Virus record (IMG/VR): IMGVR_UViG_3300027976_000007
Coordinates: 64,001-128,000 of that record
Origin: a virus
Direction: 5' to 3' (one strand)
Length of the DNA: 64,000 nt
In this document: piece by piece, positions 18,545-29,039 of the stretch
Layout: every line of letters starts with the position of its first letter
Position numbering within the stretch: position 1 is the stretch's first letter
The notes under the pieces: model-generated
Told to the model about the DNA's origin: nothing
What the model saw: the letters and a program-made list of their open reading frames with translations, nothing else
Databases searched by the model: none
Translations under genes and position numbers: made by a program

Positions 18545-19974
18545 AATAATGATGGTGTTGTCGTCAGGTAGTATGATTCTGCTACATATAAATTATCGAA
18601 AGTAACTGCAGCGTTTCCACCTTTAAAAGAATTTTGACCTGTGATTTCTGGCCAAAAGGTTTGGGATGATAAGTCTATATTTATATTTTGGGGTGGATGG
18701 AGTAGTTGCCAAGAATCTATGTTATCCCAATATGAAAATGTTAAAATTTTATTAATCCTATCTATATTCATTCTACATCTAGGATATGTAACTATAGAAA
18801 CTGAAATATTATCTATAGAAATTAAACCTGTACTATCCCTCCATAAAACCCTGTAGTTTCTTTGATCTGTTGAAGCCGCCATTATAGAAGCAAACATGAG
18901 ATTTCCTGCGACATTTACCGTTCCTCTTAATATTAACCTAGGAATAACATCCACCTCTAAATTATTTCCATAGATATCACATTGCATGGATAGATTATCA
19001 CGTTCTGAAGATATTGTTGGATATTTTATATTATGGGTAGATGGCGATATTGATCCTGCAGTACCGCTAAAAGTTAAAACACATCGGGAACCATTATTAC
19101 TCCAACTATCTCCCGTTACTACCCCATTACCATTACTTCCATTAAAATTTTCATAGTATATTAATTTAGAATAGGTAGCAAATGAAGGTATTATGTCGGC
19201 CGTGGTTATTCCAACACTTGGTAAATTTTTTGGTACTACTTCATCTAAAAGGTTTGCTATGGAACCTGATACCGATTCTCTTTCTCCAAACCTATATAAA
19301 GATTTTAAATTTGGTAAAGAGGTATAAAGTTTTCTTGGATCTCTAATATTTCTATTATTATAAATCTCTAAAAGTTCCTGGTGTGTTAATAATTTATCCC
19401 AATAAGCCATCATTGAGATTGTAGACTTTAAACCTCCACTGGAACTCCCTAAAGCGTTGGCTGATATGTTTGCTTTAGTCAAAACTGAAACATCCCCAAA
19501 CCAACTACCATTATTTGCAGAAGCCCCCCCGAAGGATAAGGACGTTGATATTGTATAATACTCTCCATTGATCCATATTTTATATTCACTTCCTGTTGTT
19601 TGAAAAGCAACAACATAGGTAGAGCCTACATTTATTGAAGGTCCAGCAAATATTACGTTAGTAGTAGTAACAGGGTCACCCCTCCAACTAATACCAAATC
19701 TACTTTCATTATTAGTTTCATCGGCTAATCTGAATATGCCTATTATAAGTGCCCCACCAAGGCTCAAATCACTTTTTCTAGCCTGTAATATATTATATCC
19801 GTTTGTAGATTCAACCACTAATGTATTTATTTCTATAGAAAATAAAATTGTTTTTCCTCCATCTTTCACATCACCTAAAAAAGATAAACCATCACCTATA
19901 ATATATTTTCCCGTGTTACCATCTAAATTTATTTTCTTTTTGAGTTGGGTATTATGTTGTGCGTATTGGTTCAT
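18541..19974 (-). CDS. Concanavalin A/LamG-like lectin-domain virion protein
   Basis: Beta-rich; YKIWINGE..ISMMAYWDKLLTHQELLEIYN..LKSLYRFGE LamG-like signature; coupled to the tail terminator gene. Confidence 0.6.
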   Translation of the reverse strand: MNQYAQHNTQLKKKINLDGNTGKYIIGDGLSFLGDVKDGGKTILFSIEINTLVVESTNGYNILQARKSDLSLGGALIIGIFRLADETNNESRFGISWRGDPVTTTNVIFAGPSINVGSTYVVAFQTTGSEYKIWINGEYYTISTSLSFGGASANNGSWFGDVSVLTKANISANALGSSSGGLKSTISMMAYWDKLLTHQELLEIYNNRNIRDPRKLYTSLPNLKSLYRFGERESVSGSIANLLDEVVPKNLPSVGITTADIIPSFATYSKLIYYENFNGSNGNGVVTGDSWSNNGSRCVLTFSGTAGSISPSTHNIKYPTISSERDNLSMQCDIYGNNLEVDVIPRLILRGTVNVAGNLMFASIMAASTDQRNYRVLWRDSTGLISIDNISVSIVTYPRCRMNIDRINKILTFSYWDNIDSWQLLHPPQNINIDLSSQTFWPEITGQNSFKGGNAAVTFDNLYVAESYYLTTTPSLL

Positions 19975-22328
19975 TATGATGGTGTCATTAATATGTAAAC
20001 AATTAATCCCTTTCCTGAATCTCCTGTACCTACAGTGTCTATATCAACTTGGAATTCATCATCAGCAGTTATGGAGGTTGCTGATAAAACTGAAGGAATA
20101 GCAGCCCCTACTGTAGTTCTAGAGTTAATATCTATTGTAGGTTTAGTTGAGAATATAGTGGTTCCATTTTTTTTTATATTCACCGTTACTTCGGCCCCTG
20201 TGGAGGCTTGTATTAATGATGCTCCCACTCCTGTTATAGTCCCAGCTAGTGGAATTCTTTTATATGAAGCTGTTGCTAAGGGGGCTAATGTGGAGACAAA
20301 ATCAGAACAAGCAAATTCAAATACTCTAGTAGCTACCCCCTTACCGTCACCACTGCCAGTGTTAATTGTTACAGGGAAGGTTGAACCATCACCCTTGGTA
20401 AAGGTGATAGTGTTAACGTTTACTGAAGCTGTGGTTAGGAGTGAACCTGTTGGGGTAGTTCCCCCTCCACCACTGCCCGTGTTAATTGTTATAGGGAAGG
20501 TGGTTCCATTTCCTTTAGTGAAAGTTATAGTGTTAGCTTTTACTGAGGCCGTGGTTACAAATGAACCAGTGTTTCTATCAGTTAATATATAAGACCATAA
20601 TAAACCTCCCTCGATATCATAAGCATCTGTTATTTTTAGTCTGTTATAGTTACCATCATCAGGGAAATACTTAACACCATCAGATTCAAACATAACATAA
20701 CCTGGACTATATTTATGGAACTCCCCAGGACTCCCTACAACACCATCACCATCTATATTCCAACGCTTCTCATTATCAGGGTCTGCTATAGGAAGTTGTA
20801 TTCCTCTATATTTATTAAAAACCGTAGATAAAACATCATCAGAGGTAAATGAATTAATAACATATTCGTTATATTCTATAACTGAAGGAGTCTCGGAATA
20901 AAATTCTCTTAAATAAGAACCTCCATTATTACTATATATTTGGAATCTAGAGTTATTTAAAAGTAACTGTCGGTTTGATGATGAGACTTCAAGGTCACTA
21001 TTTCCTATATTAAAATCTTCAAAAGATCCTGTTGAAATTGTTATAGGGAAGGTGGTTCCATTTCCTTTAGTGAAAGTTATAGTGTTGGCGGACACTGAGG
21101 CTGTGGTTAGGAGTGAACCTGTTGGGGTAGTTCCCCCTCCACCACTACCAGTGTTAATTGTTACAGGGAAGGTTGAACCATCACCCTTGGTAAAGGTGAT
21201 AGTGTTAACGTTTACTGAAGCTGTGGTTAGGAGTGAACTTGTTGAAACTTGACTGCTCGTTGAGATTTCTAAAGAAAAAGAATCCCCATTAGATTTTACA
21301 AAATTAAATATTGAGCTTGATAAAGAACTCGTAACCGAACCTGTAACCATATACACCCCAGTATTACCCCCACCCCCACCAGATATGCTAGGGAAAGGAG
21401 GGTAAGTGAAAGTTGAAAATTCTCTAGGGCCCGCTATTTCTGTTCTAGAAGGGACTGAAGTATTATTTATGTTAGGAACCGTCTCTAAAGTAAATATAGT
21501 CTTAGCTTTAGAATTAAACTTTTTAAGAGAATTTAATTGTTTTTGAGTAGTATCAGGTATTACATAACCGTAAAGTTTTAATGTAAAATTACATTTAACC
21601 GACCTTTCCCCTGATGATGAAACTTCTACCGGAGTAGAGAATGAGTCTACTGTAGCCTTAAACTTAAAACTTTCAGGATCTCCCCAATAGGAGTCTGAAG
21701 CATAATTTATGGCTTCTACTAATTTGTTTAATTGTTCTATATAATAAGTAGATATAGAGAAATCATATGTTACTGTAACATAGTCGGGTACTACTACAGC
21801 ATAATGTTGTTTTACAGGTATTCTATTATTTAATATGCTAAAATTATCATATGTGTTTTTTGGGCTATATGTTTTAGTAAATATCTGGGTATTGATGGGG
21901 CTGTTAGCATCCATCTTATTTGTAAGGTTCTTTATCTTTTCTATGTTGCTTCTTTTAAAAACTATCACGGGCATCATTAGAGCCCCATTTTTGTCTCTAT
22001 AATATCCATCTTTTTGGATTTGTTTCCATCTTTCCGAATTACCATATAGGACAGGAACTTTTATTACATTCCCGTTTTGGACTACTGTGGGTTTGATTAT
22101 GTTTTCTATGTAATAGAAAATGGCTTCATCTATTTCTTTAAAACCTAAACTTATGGGTTTTGTATTATCCTCTTTAAAGGATAATTGTTCCCCTCTATTG
22201 ATTTCTGAATCAATATCATTTGGGTTACCCTTACTTTCTCCAGTGTCAGGGTTAGTGTAAGGGGAATGTAGAGACTTGCTTATATCCTTTTGGGATTTAG
22301 GTGTAGGTTTTTTTCCTTTTTTAGCCAT
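19974..22328 (-). CDS. Tail terminator/completion protein (gp15-like) with long C-terminal repeat/fibre extension
   Basis: N-terminal IKVPVLYG..ERW..PDYVTVTYD..LNKLVE..LKLYGYVIP domain after the gp13/gp14-like genes, then four TTASV..NTITFTKG.G.TFP repeats. Confidence 0.7.
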   Translation of the reverse strand: MAKKGKKPTPKSQKDISKSLHSPYTNPDTGESKGNPNDIDSEINRGEQLSFKEDNTKPISLGFKEIDEAIFYYIENIIKPTVVQNGNVIKVPVLYGNSERWKQIQKDGYYRDKNGALMMPVIVFKRSNIEKIKNLTNKMDANSPINTQIFTKTYSPKNTYDNFSILNNRIPVKQHYAVVVPDYVTVTYDFSISTYYIEQLNKLVEAINYASDSYWGDPESFKFKATVDSFSTPVEVSSSGERSVKCNFTLKLYGYVIPDTTQKQLNSLKKFNSKAKTIFTLETVPNINNTSVPSRTEIAGPREFSTFTYPPFPSISGGGGGNTGVYMVTGSVTSSLSSSIFNFVKSNGDSFSLEISTSSQVSTSSLLTTASVNVNTITFTKGDGSTFPVTINTGSGGGGTTPTGSLLTTASVSANTITFTKGNGTTFPITISTGSFEDFNIGNSDLEVSSSNRQLLLNNSRFQIYSNNGGSYLREFYSETPSVIEYNEYVINSFTSDDVLSTVFNKYRGIQLPIADPDNEKRWNIDGDGVVGSPGEFHKYSPGYVMFESDGVKYFPDDGNYNRLKITDAYDIEGGLLWSYILTDRNTGSFVTTASVKANTITFTKGNGTTFPITINTGSGGGGTTPTGSLLTTASVNVNTITFTKGDGSTFPVTINTGSGDGKGVATRVFEFACSDFVSTLAPLATASYKRIPLAGTITGVGASLIQASTGAEVTVNIKKNGTTIFSTKPTIDINSRTTVGAAIPSVLSATSITADDEFQVDIDTVGTGDSGKGLIVYILMTPS
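20351..21238. repeat. Four ~96-bp repeat units of two types, ordered A-B-[insert]-B-A along the protein
   Basis: Type A (GDGSTFPVT) near 21143-21238 and 20351-20446; type B (GNGTTFPIT) near 21036-21110 and 20481-20557; near-identical linker SGGGGTTPTGSLL in both pairs. Confidence 0.9.
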
Positions 22329-22332
22329 TATC

Positions 22333-22887
22333 TTATATTAAATTATTAACCTTAGAAATTCCTAAACGGTTTGGAGGTACCATATGGGTAGTACATATAA
22401 CAGAAACATTATACCCAAAATCTTCTAATCCAGGGTTTATAGGATTGGGTGAATTAGGATAATCTGGATCTTTACCCATAAAAAATTGGTTAGATTCTAT
22501 CTTTGATATTTCGAAATAATTCTCTTGGTAGAGAATAATATCTCCGATTTCCGGATATATGTTAGCTCCATGGGAAGAAGTAGAATTAAAGTCTAAAGAG
22601 TTAGGTAATAAATCATCTCTGAGGATTTTAAATAAAGTATCCCAAGTAACGTCTATATTATAGTCATTAGAAGTCACATCTTGGGGTTTTCTTTCTACTA
22701 AACAATTAACTAATATAGGACCTTCATAATATTTTTCATCAGAAGCCTCCCCATATAAATTAAACTTTGTAGAATTTAATCCCAGTTTATAAAAGGCACA
22801 TTGTTGGGTTATAATATCCCCCATTAGTTCCCTATTAATTTTTCTTATGAGACTAATGTCCCTTGATGATCCAAATAAAGCACACAT
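22333..22887 (-). CDS. Neck protein (gp14-like)
   Basis: NLYGEA..YPEIGDIILY..YFEI; follows the gp13-like gene. Confidence 0.7.
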   Translation of the reverse strand: MCALFGSSRDISLIRKINRELMGDIITQQCAFYKLGLNSTKFNLYGEASDEKYYEGPILVNCLVERKPQDVTSNDYNIDVTWDTLFKILRDDLLPNSLDFNSTSSHGANIYPEIGDIILYQENYFEISKIESNQFFMGKDPDYPNSPNPINPGLEDFGYNVSVICTTHMVPPNRLGISKVNNLI

Positions 22888-22890
22888 AGG

Positions 22891-24036
22891 TTAAAATATA
22901 TATATTGGAAAGGGAACATTATTAAGTTCTTTTTGGAGAATCTCACTCTCTCTTCCTCTTCGTTCTAATAATTTATCTTTTGAAGTCTCATTTAAGAAAT
23001 CTCTTAGGCTTTCTATTAAACTAGTTTTATCAGCAGTTGCAGAAGATATTAAATCACTTTGGTTAAGTTGAACATTATCTCCTGGAATTGGGATTGAACC
23101 GTATTTCCCTCTAATATAACCTAACATTTCTTTACATAGAGCTAAAGTATATTCAAATACCCAACTCCTTCCTACTGAATTCATTTGAGAGTATATAGGA
23201 TTATTAAAAGGGACATTAGATACATTGGTTATTAAAGATGGAGAAGATACAACACTATTAGCAGCTCTTTCTGATTTTAATATGAAATGGAAGTATAATT
23301 TTTCTACACTACCATTAGGAATGGGAAATATCCTAAGGTTATTGTTCTGTATTTCGAAGGAATAATTAGATTTTCTTATAGTATCATTTAATTCTATTTG
23401 TTGTAATACTTGTAAATCATAATTTAGAGGCATTAAAACGAAAGACATTGCGGGTGATGAGTTCCCAAAACCAAATTGGCTTCTTAAACCTCCACCATGT
23501 GACCCCACTAAGGGATCATAGAATTTAAGAATTGCAGGTGGGGATGAATGGAAAATCCTTTTTATTTCTAAATCTGAAGAGGTAAAACCTTCATCAACCG
23601 CCCAGGCATTTAAATCATAAGTTTGGATTGAGCTTGTTAGGTTGATGGAACCTGTCTTCCATGTAACATTTCCCCCGGTCCCCGCCTCGGATCCATATTG
23701 TTGTGCTTCCTTTATTAAATTTCCTAAATTAGGAGTAATGATAGCCGAATTTATTGAGGATCCTGTTGATGATCCCTCTAATGATAAATAATCCTGTCTT
23801 ATTTTATAAGCATATAATTCATTACCATAAGTAGTGACTGCCTGTTCAAAAGCTGTGAAGAAATTTTTGTCTTGAAGTTCTATACTTACTATAGGAAATC
23901 CTAAACGTTGAGCACAAAAATTAGCCACTTTTACCGCGTCACTCTGAAACGTCACATCGTTATCGTAAAAACCAAAGGGAGTTGAAGAACCGGAAGTAAA
24001 TACCGGTAAACCGTCATATATTTGTATGTTAGCCAT
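22891..24036 (-). CDS. Neck protein / head-tail adaptor (gp13-like)
   Basis: RLGFPIVSIEL, WVFEYTLALCKEMLGYIRGKY..IPG..LN. Confidence 0.8.
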   Translation of the reverse strand: MANIQIYDGLPVFTSGSSTPFGFYDNDVTFQSDAVKVANFCAQRLGFPIVSIELQDKNFFTAFEQAVTTYGNELYAYKIRQDYLSLEGSSTGSSINSAIITPNLGNLIKEAQQYGSEAGTGGNVTWKTGSINLTSSIQTYDLNAWAVDEGFTSSDLEIKRIFHSSPPAILKFYDPLVGSHGGGLRSQFGFGNSSPAMSFVLMPLNYDLQVLQQIELNDTIRKSNYSFEIQNNNLRIFPIPNGSVEKLYFHFILKSERAANSVVSSPSLITNVSNVPFNNPIYSQMNSVGRSWVFEYTLALCKEMLGYIRGKYGSIPIPGDNVQLNQSDLISSATADKTSLIESLRDFLNETSKDKLLERRGRESEILQKELNNVPFPIYIF

Positions 24037-24077
24037 GTTGAATTTTATTATAAATATGTAACTTTAAAAATTTATTA

Positions 24078-24782
24078 TTATTTTGATGGAGTTTGTTTTT
24101 CTCTTTCATCCTCATAAGCTTTAATTATATCATCTACTATAGGATCCCTATGATTATGAATTAAAGTTATGCTTTCCATATTCTTTATCTTTTTGGCGGC
24201 GGAATATATGAATCTAAATCCTGAGTCTCTTCTTGATTTTAAATCAACTTGATGGTCATCTCCGCATATCATCATTTTTGATCTAATTCCTATTCTAGTA
24301 GTAATCATTTCCATCTGTTCATGAGTAACATTTTGGGCTTCATCTACTACTATACATGAATCTAGAAAAGTGCGACCACGCATGAATGATAGAGGAACTA
24401 TTTCTACTATCCCATCAGCTATTAGTTTTTCTATTTTAGTTTTATCATATAGTAAAAACATATTTTGGTATATAGGTTGGATCCAGGGATCCATCTTTTC
24501 TCTTAGATCCCCAGGCAAGAAACCTATTTCCTCCTTTGATACTGTAGGTCGGGTGATGATTATTTTACTATATTCTTTTCTAAACAACCCATCTAATGCT
24601 ACTTGACATGCTAATAAGGTTTTACCTGATCCAGCTTTACCTGCTAATATAGTTAAAGTGTTGTTTAAGATTTTATCTTTAGCTTCCTTCTGTTCTTGGT
24701 TTAAGTTGATTTTAAATTTTATAGGGTTCTTAATAATTTTTTTGCTTTTAAAAATTTCGTCATCATGATGATTAGAGGCCAT
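24078..24782 (-). CDS. phoH: PhoH family ATPase
   Basis: GKAGSGKT, IIITRP, IGFLPGDL.EKM.PW, FMRGRTF, DEAQN, TRIG, GD..Q.DL. Confidence 0.95.
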   Translation of the reverse strand: MASNHHDDEIFKSKKIIKNPIKFKINLNQEQKEAKDKILNNTLTILAGKAGSGKTLLACQVALDGLFRKEYSKIIITRPTVSKEEIGFLPGDLREKMDPWIQPIYQNMFLLYDKTKIEKLIADGIVEIVPLSFMRGRTFLDSCIVVDEAQNVTHEQMEMITTRIGIRSKMMICGDDHQVDLKSRRDSGFRFIYSAAKKIKNMESITLIHNHRDPIVDDIIKAYEDEREKQTPSK

Positions 24783-24800
24783 ATATTTTTTTTATATTAT

Positions 24801-26150
24801 TCAATTATACATATTAGAATTCCATTCAAATTTTAGATTTCCCGTATTCCATACTCGGTAATATCCTCTATTTAACATAATCTCATATTCTGTAAGTTTG
24901 GGGTCTTCTCCTTGTTTTACTAATAGATCTTTTCTGAAGTTAAATCTATTATATTTTATTTTTGATTTAAACCAATGATATCCTGGAGTAGTAGGTTTTA
25001 AGGGGTTCATATTCAATTTATTGTATAAACCCCCATCACTCCAATCTCTGTTGGCATAAGATATTACTTTTATAGGGGAATGGAGGGTTATAAATTTCTT
25101 AAATAGTTTAGATGCTCCCCCTATAACATTATAGTATTTTTTATTACAAAATCTTAACAATTCAAAATGACCTTCGATATTATTTTGTTTTAAATTTTTT
25201 CGTAATTTACTAAAGGTCATTACTGAAACTAATCCATCATTATAGAATAACCCTAAACTGTATTTACATATAGCATTTCCCTGTAGATGGTTTTCTTTTA
25301 AGAAAGAAGTACTTTCTTTATTTGAAATGTTTTTTACAACACATTTTCTAGCATAAATTGAATTTGGAGTAATACTCAATTGGTTTTTGAGTATTGATTT
25401 GATAATATCGCTTTTTTGGATCCAATCACTATCCCAAATATGTATTAATTTTACCCCTAAAGAGTTACATTCTTTTGTTTTTTTTAGATGGTATGATTTG
25501 TCTTTTTTAAAGAGATCGGAATGATAATAAGTTCCATTAAATTCTATAGCTAATTTTAATTCAGGTAGATATATATCTATTTCTTTCCCATTTAATAATT
25601 CTGTATCATTATTAATTATTTTATCTTTATATTCGTTTTTAATGAAAGAAAGTAGTTCTTTTTCTAGTTTGGATACTCCCTTAAATAATCCTTTTTCTTT
25701 TTCTATTCTCTTTATAGCACTTTTTCTCATTTGGTTTTTTGTTTCTATTGAGTGGGTGTTATATCCAGGTTTTACCCAATCCCAATGACCTTTAATATAG
25801 GAAGAAAACCAGTTCTTTTTGTCATATTTAATAAAAGTAGTTTCACCTTTACATCCACATTTACATAATGGAGGTTTATTATTAAATTTATGCTTTAGTA
25901 TATAATTTTTGAAGGATATGTTATGTTCTTTAGAAATATGGAACATTAAATTCCTATAATCTTTTACATTAACACCACATTCCATACATTCCATTTTATA
26001 GGTTTTAGAGTCTTTTATTTCTTTGATTTTTTTGATTCTAAATTCCCCGTACTTCGAAAGGTATTCCTCCGTCTTTATTGAATGGTTCCATCTCAGATGC
26101 ATCGCTAAGGACCTAGCGGTTATTTCTTCATTACATATATTACATTTCAT
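24801..26150 (-). mobile_element. Free-standing homing endonuclease (Hef/DUF559-Vsr-like) with zinc fingers and a NUMOD3-like motif
   Basis: CxxC..HxxxxH fingers, PLCKCGC, HSIETKNQMR, EIDIYLPELKLAIEFNGTYYH, YARKC, ELLRFC, ISYANRDWS.G; lies between the capsid gene and phoH. Confidence 0.75.
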
Positions 26151-26191
26151 GCTAATTAGGCTTTAAGTCCTGAATTTTATAATAAATATAT

Positions 26192-26224
26192 AAAAAAAAT
26201 CCTGAAGTAAAAAACTTCAGGATT
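26192..26224 (-). terminator. Rho-independent terminator after the major capsid gene
   Basis: Perfect 11-bp stem (26198-26208 / 26214-26224), 5-nt loop, followed by a T run on the minus strand. Confidence 0.85.
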
Positions 26225-26248
26225 CTTCTTTTAACTATTAATTAGTTA

Positions 26249-27877
26249 TTACAGTGTGTTCAATCCACTTACTAGGATCTTACCGTAAAATTCTGGTCTC
26301 ACAACTTTCTTAGCGTATCTAGTCATCAAACCTTTACTTGGTACGTAAGTGTCTGGATCATATACAAGAGGTGTCATAATCAACGGAACATAAGGGGCGA
26401 AAACCGCTCCGGCTTCTAGGAATTGACCTCCTCTGAATCCCATAAGGATTACATTTTCAGTCATATAAGGGTTTTTATACACCGTATATCTTGAATTCAT
26501 AGTTCCTGCTTTTTCAACTCCAAAAGCATATGTTTGTTTAGTAACATCACCGTCTGAATTAGAAGCAAATCCTGGGATAGACTCTAAAATAGTTCCTACT
26601 GCAGGAGAACAAACTATGAAGTTAGCTCCTCCTCTTAAGGTTCTTTGGTGAATTATATTAGACAATTTTTGCATTTTAGTTCCAAGTGTTTGGAACCATT
26701 GTCCTTGGGAATTAAAGAATCCTAAATCAGAATTTAATACACCAGCAGCACCTATTGAAAGGTTATTAACCGCTGACCAATATTCGGTACCAGCCGCTGC
26801 TGACTCAATCAACATATCAAGTATTTCTAAGTCTATATCTAAGGCGATATGTTCACTCATAATACTTGTTAATTCTGCTTCAGCATCCAAACTTTGGTAA
26901 GCATCAAGGTCTTGAGCGAACTCAGGAGTCCATTTAGCTTTAAGTTTTCTAGTTTTAGCAATTATACCTTCACTTCTCATTGAAATGTTAATTTCAGGGA
27001 TAGAAATAGGATCATTACTACCATTAAGGTTAGTATTTCCTTCTTCGTAATCTCCTCTATTAGCATCTGTAGGTTGTAGAGTATAAGTTATAGTAACGTT
27101 AGATCCTTCAACAGGAGCTTGAGTTGAACTTACTACGAATCTCAAAGTAGAGCCTGAAGCCTTTGTAAAAGCGGACAATTGGATAGGTCCTGTTATAGAT
27201 CCAGTACTCAATTGGAAACTTCTGATTGCTTCAGCATCATAGTTAGGGATTGCAGAGGTAGGAATCATTACTACTTTCAAACCACCAGCAGAAACAGAAG
27301 CAGAATATGCTGAGTCAGCATTTATGTCTGTAAACCAGTTAGTAGATGAAGCCGTAGTAGCTGAAGAGATAGAAGCTGTGTTGTTAATTGAATAACCATA
27401 TCTTCCAGCACCATAAGATCCACCTGTTGTAGAGTTCCCGAAAGGACCAGTACCGTCAGCAGCTAAAGTCCCATATAAAGACTCACCAGCAGTGAAAGGG
27501 GTTTTTGAAGTTCCATATTGGAAATCAAGGAAGAATACTAAACCTGCAGGCAGGTTCATAGGTTGTACAGAGACAAACTCCTTAGTGGAGATTTGACCCA
27601 TGATTTTTCTAACCATAGGAAGAGCTATTCCAGCCCATTGTGCTCCTGTACCAGTTGAGAAACTACCAGCACCAGCACCTCCACCAGTTGTAGAGTTTTC
27701 TACTACTAATTGTTTTGACTGGTTCTCAAGGATCATAGACATATTGTTTCTTTCTGTTTCAGAATCAATACCTTCTAATAGTCCTGTAGTCTTCCATTTT
27801 TTGGCTAGTCTTGAAGCATCACTTTGTAGTGATTTATAAGGACTAGCACTTTCTAAAAGTGATTGTAATTTTGACAT
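26249..27877 (-). CDS. Major capsid protein (T4 gp23-like)
   Basis: VSVQPMNLPAGLVF, AKTRKLKAKWTPEFAQDL, DAEAELTSI, GANFIVCSP, FAPYVPL, GLMTRYA. Confidence 0.97.
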   Translation of the reverse strand: MSKLQSLLESASPYKSLQSDASRLAKKWKTTGLLEGIDSETERNNMSMILENQSKQLVVENSTTGGGAGAGSFSTGTGAQWAGIALPMVRKIMGQISTKEFVSVQPMNLPAGLVFFLDFQYGTSKTPFTAGESLYGTLAADGTGPFGNSTTGGSYGAGRYGYSINNTASISSATTASSTNWFTDINADSAYSASVSAGGLKVVMIPTSAIPNYDAEAIRSFQLSTGSITGPIQLSAFTKASGSTLRFVVSSTQAPVEGSNVTITYTLQPTDANRGDYEEGNTNLNGSNDPISIPEINISMRSEGIIAKTRKLKAKWTPEFAQDLDAYQSLDAEAELTSIMSEHIALDIDLEILDMLIESAAAGTEYWSAVNNLSIGAAGVLNSDLGFFNSQGQWFQTLGTKMQKLSNIIHQRTLRGGANFIVCSPAVGTILESIPGFASNSDGDVTKQTYAFGVEKAGTMNSRYTVYKNPYMTENVILMGFRGGQFLEAGAVFAPYVPLIMTPLVYDPDTYVPSKGLMTRYAKKVVRPEFYGKILVSGLNTL

Positions 27878-27909
27878 ATTATTTTATGTTAATTTGTTGT
27901 TTTTATTAA

Positions 27910-28842
27910 TTAAATTTTAATACCAGCTAGTTTTTGGAATCTTGCAACCATAGGGTCAACCTCTATAATAGAAGTTTTAGATTCATTTAAATTGGCTAAT
28001 GATTTTGAAGCAGAACCCATTTTGTTTTCTCTGATTGGAGCTTTTCCTCTAGGAGTTATGCTTTTTATCAAAGTCTCATATATGACTTTTGCTTCTGATG
28101 TTGTGGATGCCTTATCGAAAGATTCTAGAACTTGGATTTTTTGAGATTCTCTTAAATTGTTAACTTTAAAAATCTTATTTGTGTAAATAAGTTTAGCATT
28201 TAATAAATTAATTTCATTAAGTTCATTTCTAAGAATTTTTACTGTTTTATAAGCTTCAAAAAGTTCTTTGTGATAATCAACTTCATCTTCTACTTCAGCT
28301 TCACCTTCAACAGGGAAATCTGATTCGGATTCTAATTCACCATCTTGGTTCATTTCGTCTATAACGGAAGCTACAAAAGCTTTAAATTCTTCTTCAGTCA
28401 TATCCCCTACATCGAAATCTTCTTCGTCTTCAGTTTCATCCTCCGTTTCTTTTTCTTCTTCTTCAGTTTCTTTTTCTTCTTCTTCAGTTTCTTCTTCTTC
28501 AGTTTCTTCTTCTTCAGTTTCTTCTTCAGTTATAGCTTCAGTTTCATCATCCATTTCTCTTTCGATTTCTGCTAGGATTTCGTCTAAGTTGAATTCCTCT
28601 TCTTCTTCTTCTGTAAAAGAGCTCTCTAAATCTTCTTCTTCTTCTTTCATTGTATCGTATTCTTCTTCTACATTTTCCTCCTCTTCTTCTTCTCCTAATT
28701 CGATTTCTTCTAACTTTGCAGCTAACATTGATTTCAAATGAGGGGTGAAGGCTTCTTCCAATGCTAGTTTAGCATTTTCAATAGCGGATTCTTTTATAGT
28801 CTTAGCATCAGCGATAGCATCTTCTAATATATTTCGTTTCAT
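27910..28842 (-). CDS. Prohead scaffolding protein (gp22-like)
   Basis: Highly acidic coiled coil directly upstream of the capsid gene; many (I/L)xE sites; EEET microrepeats around 28446-28530; C-terminal RFQKLAGI. Confidence 0.85.
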   Translation of the reverse strand: MKRNILEDAIADAKTIKESAIENAKLALEEAFTPHLKSMLAAKLEEIELGEEEEEENVEEEYDTMKEEEEDLESSFTEEEEEEFNLDEILAEIEREMDDETEAITEEETEEEETEEEETEEEEKETEEEEKETEDETEDEEDFDVGDMTEEEFKAFVASVIDEMNQDGELESESDFPVEGEAEVEDEVDYHKELFEAYKTVKILRNELNEINLLNAKLIYTNKIFKVNNLRESQKIQVLESFDKASTTSEAKVIYETLIKSITPRGKAPIRENKMGSASKSLANLNESKTSIIEVDPMVARFQKLAGIKI

Positions 28843-28965
28843 GTTCCTAAATTTGTTTTGGAAAATACGTTTATTGTAAACGTAATAGTTTTTTTGATAT
28901 ATAATCTTACCATCATATAGAAAATGATGTATTGTTGATGATACATATGTGAAGGAAATTCAAAG

Positions 28966-29010
28966 TAAAAAAAGACCCTAATGCTGATCTTACGGTAAAC
29001 AGTTAGGGTA
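28966..29010 (-). terminator. Probable terminator after the prohead protease gene
   Basis: Minus strand ACCCTAA-CTG...CAG-CA-TTAGGGT followed by C and a T7 run. Confidence 0.55.
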
Positions 29011-29039
29011 CATTTAGTTTAGTAGGGGTAATAGTACTT

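Noticed and set aside
26275-29000. Near-repeat ATCTTAC(C/G)GTAAA at the capsid gene end and in the protease terminator loop
   Set aside because: Only two copies, one constrained by coding sequence; likely chance.
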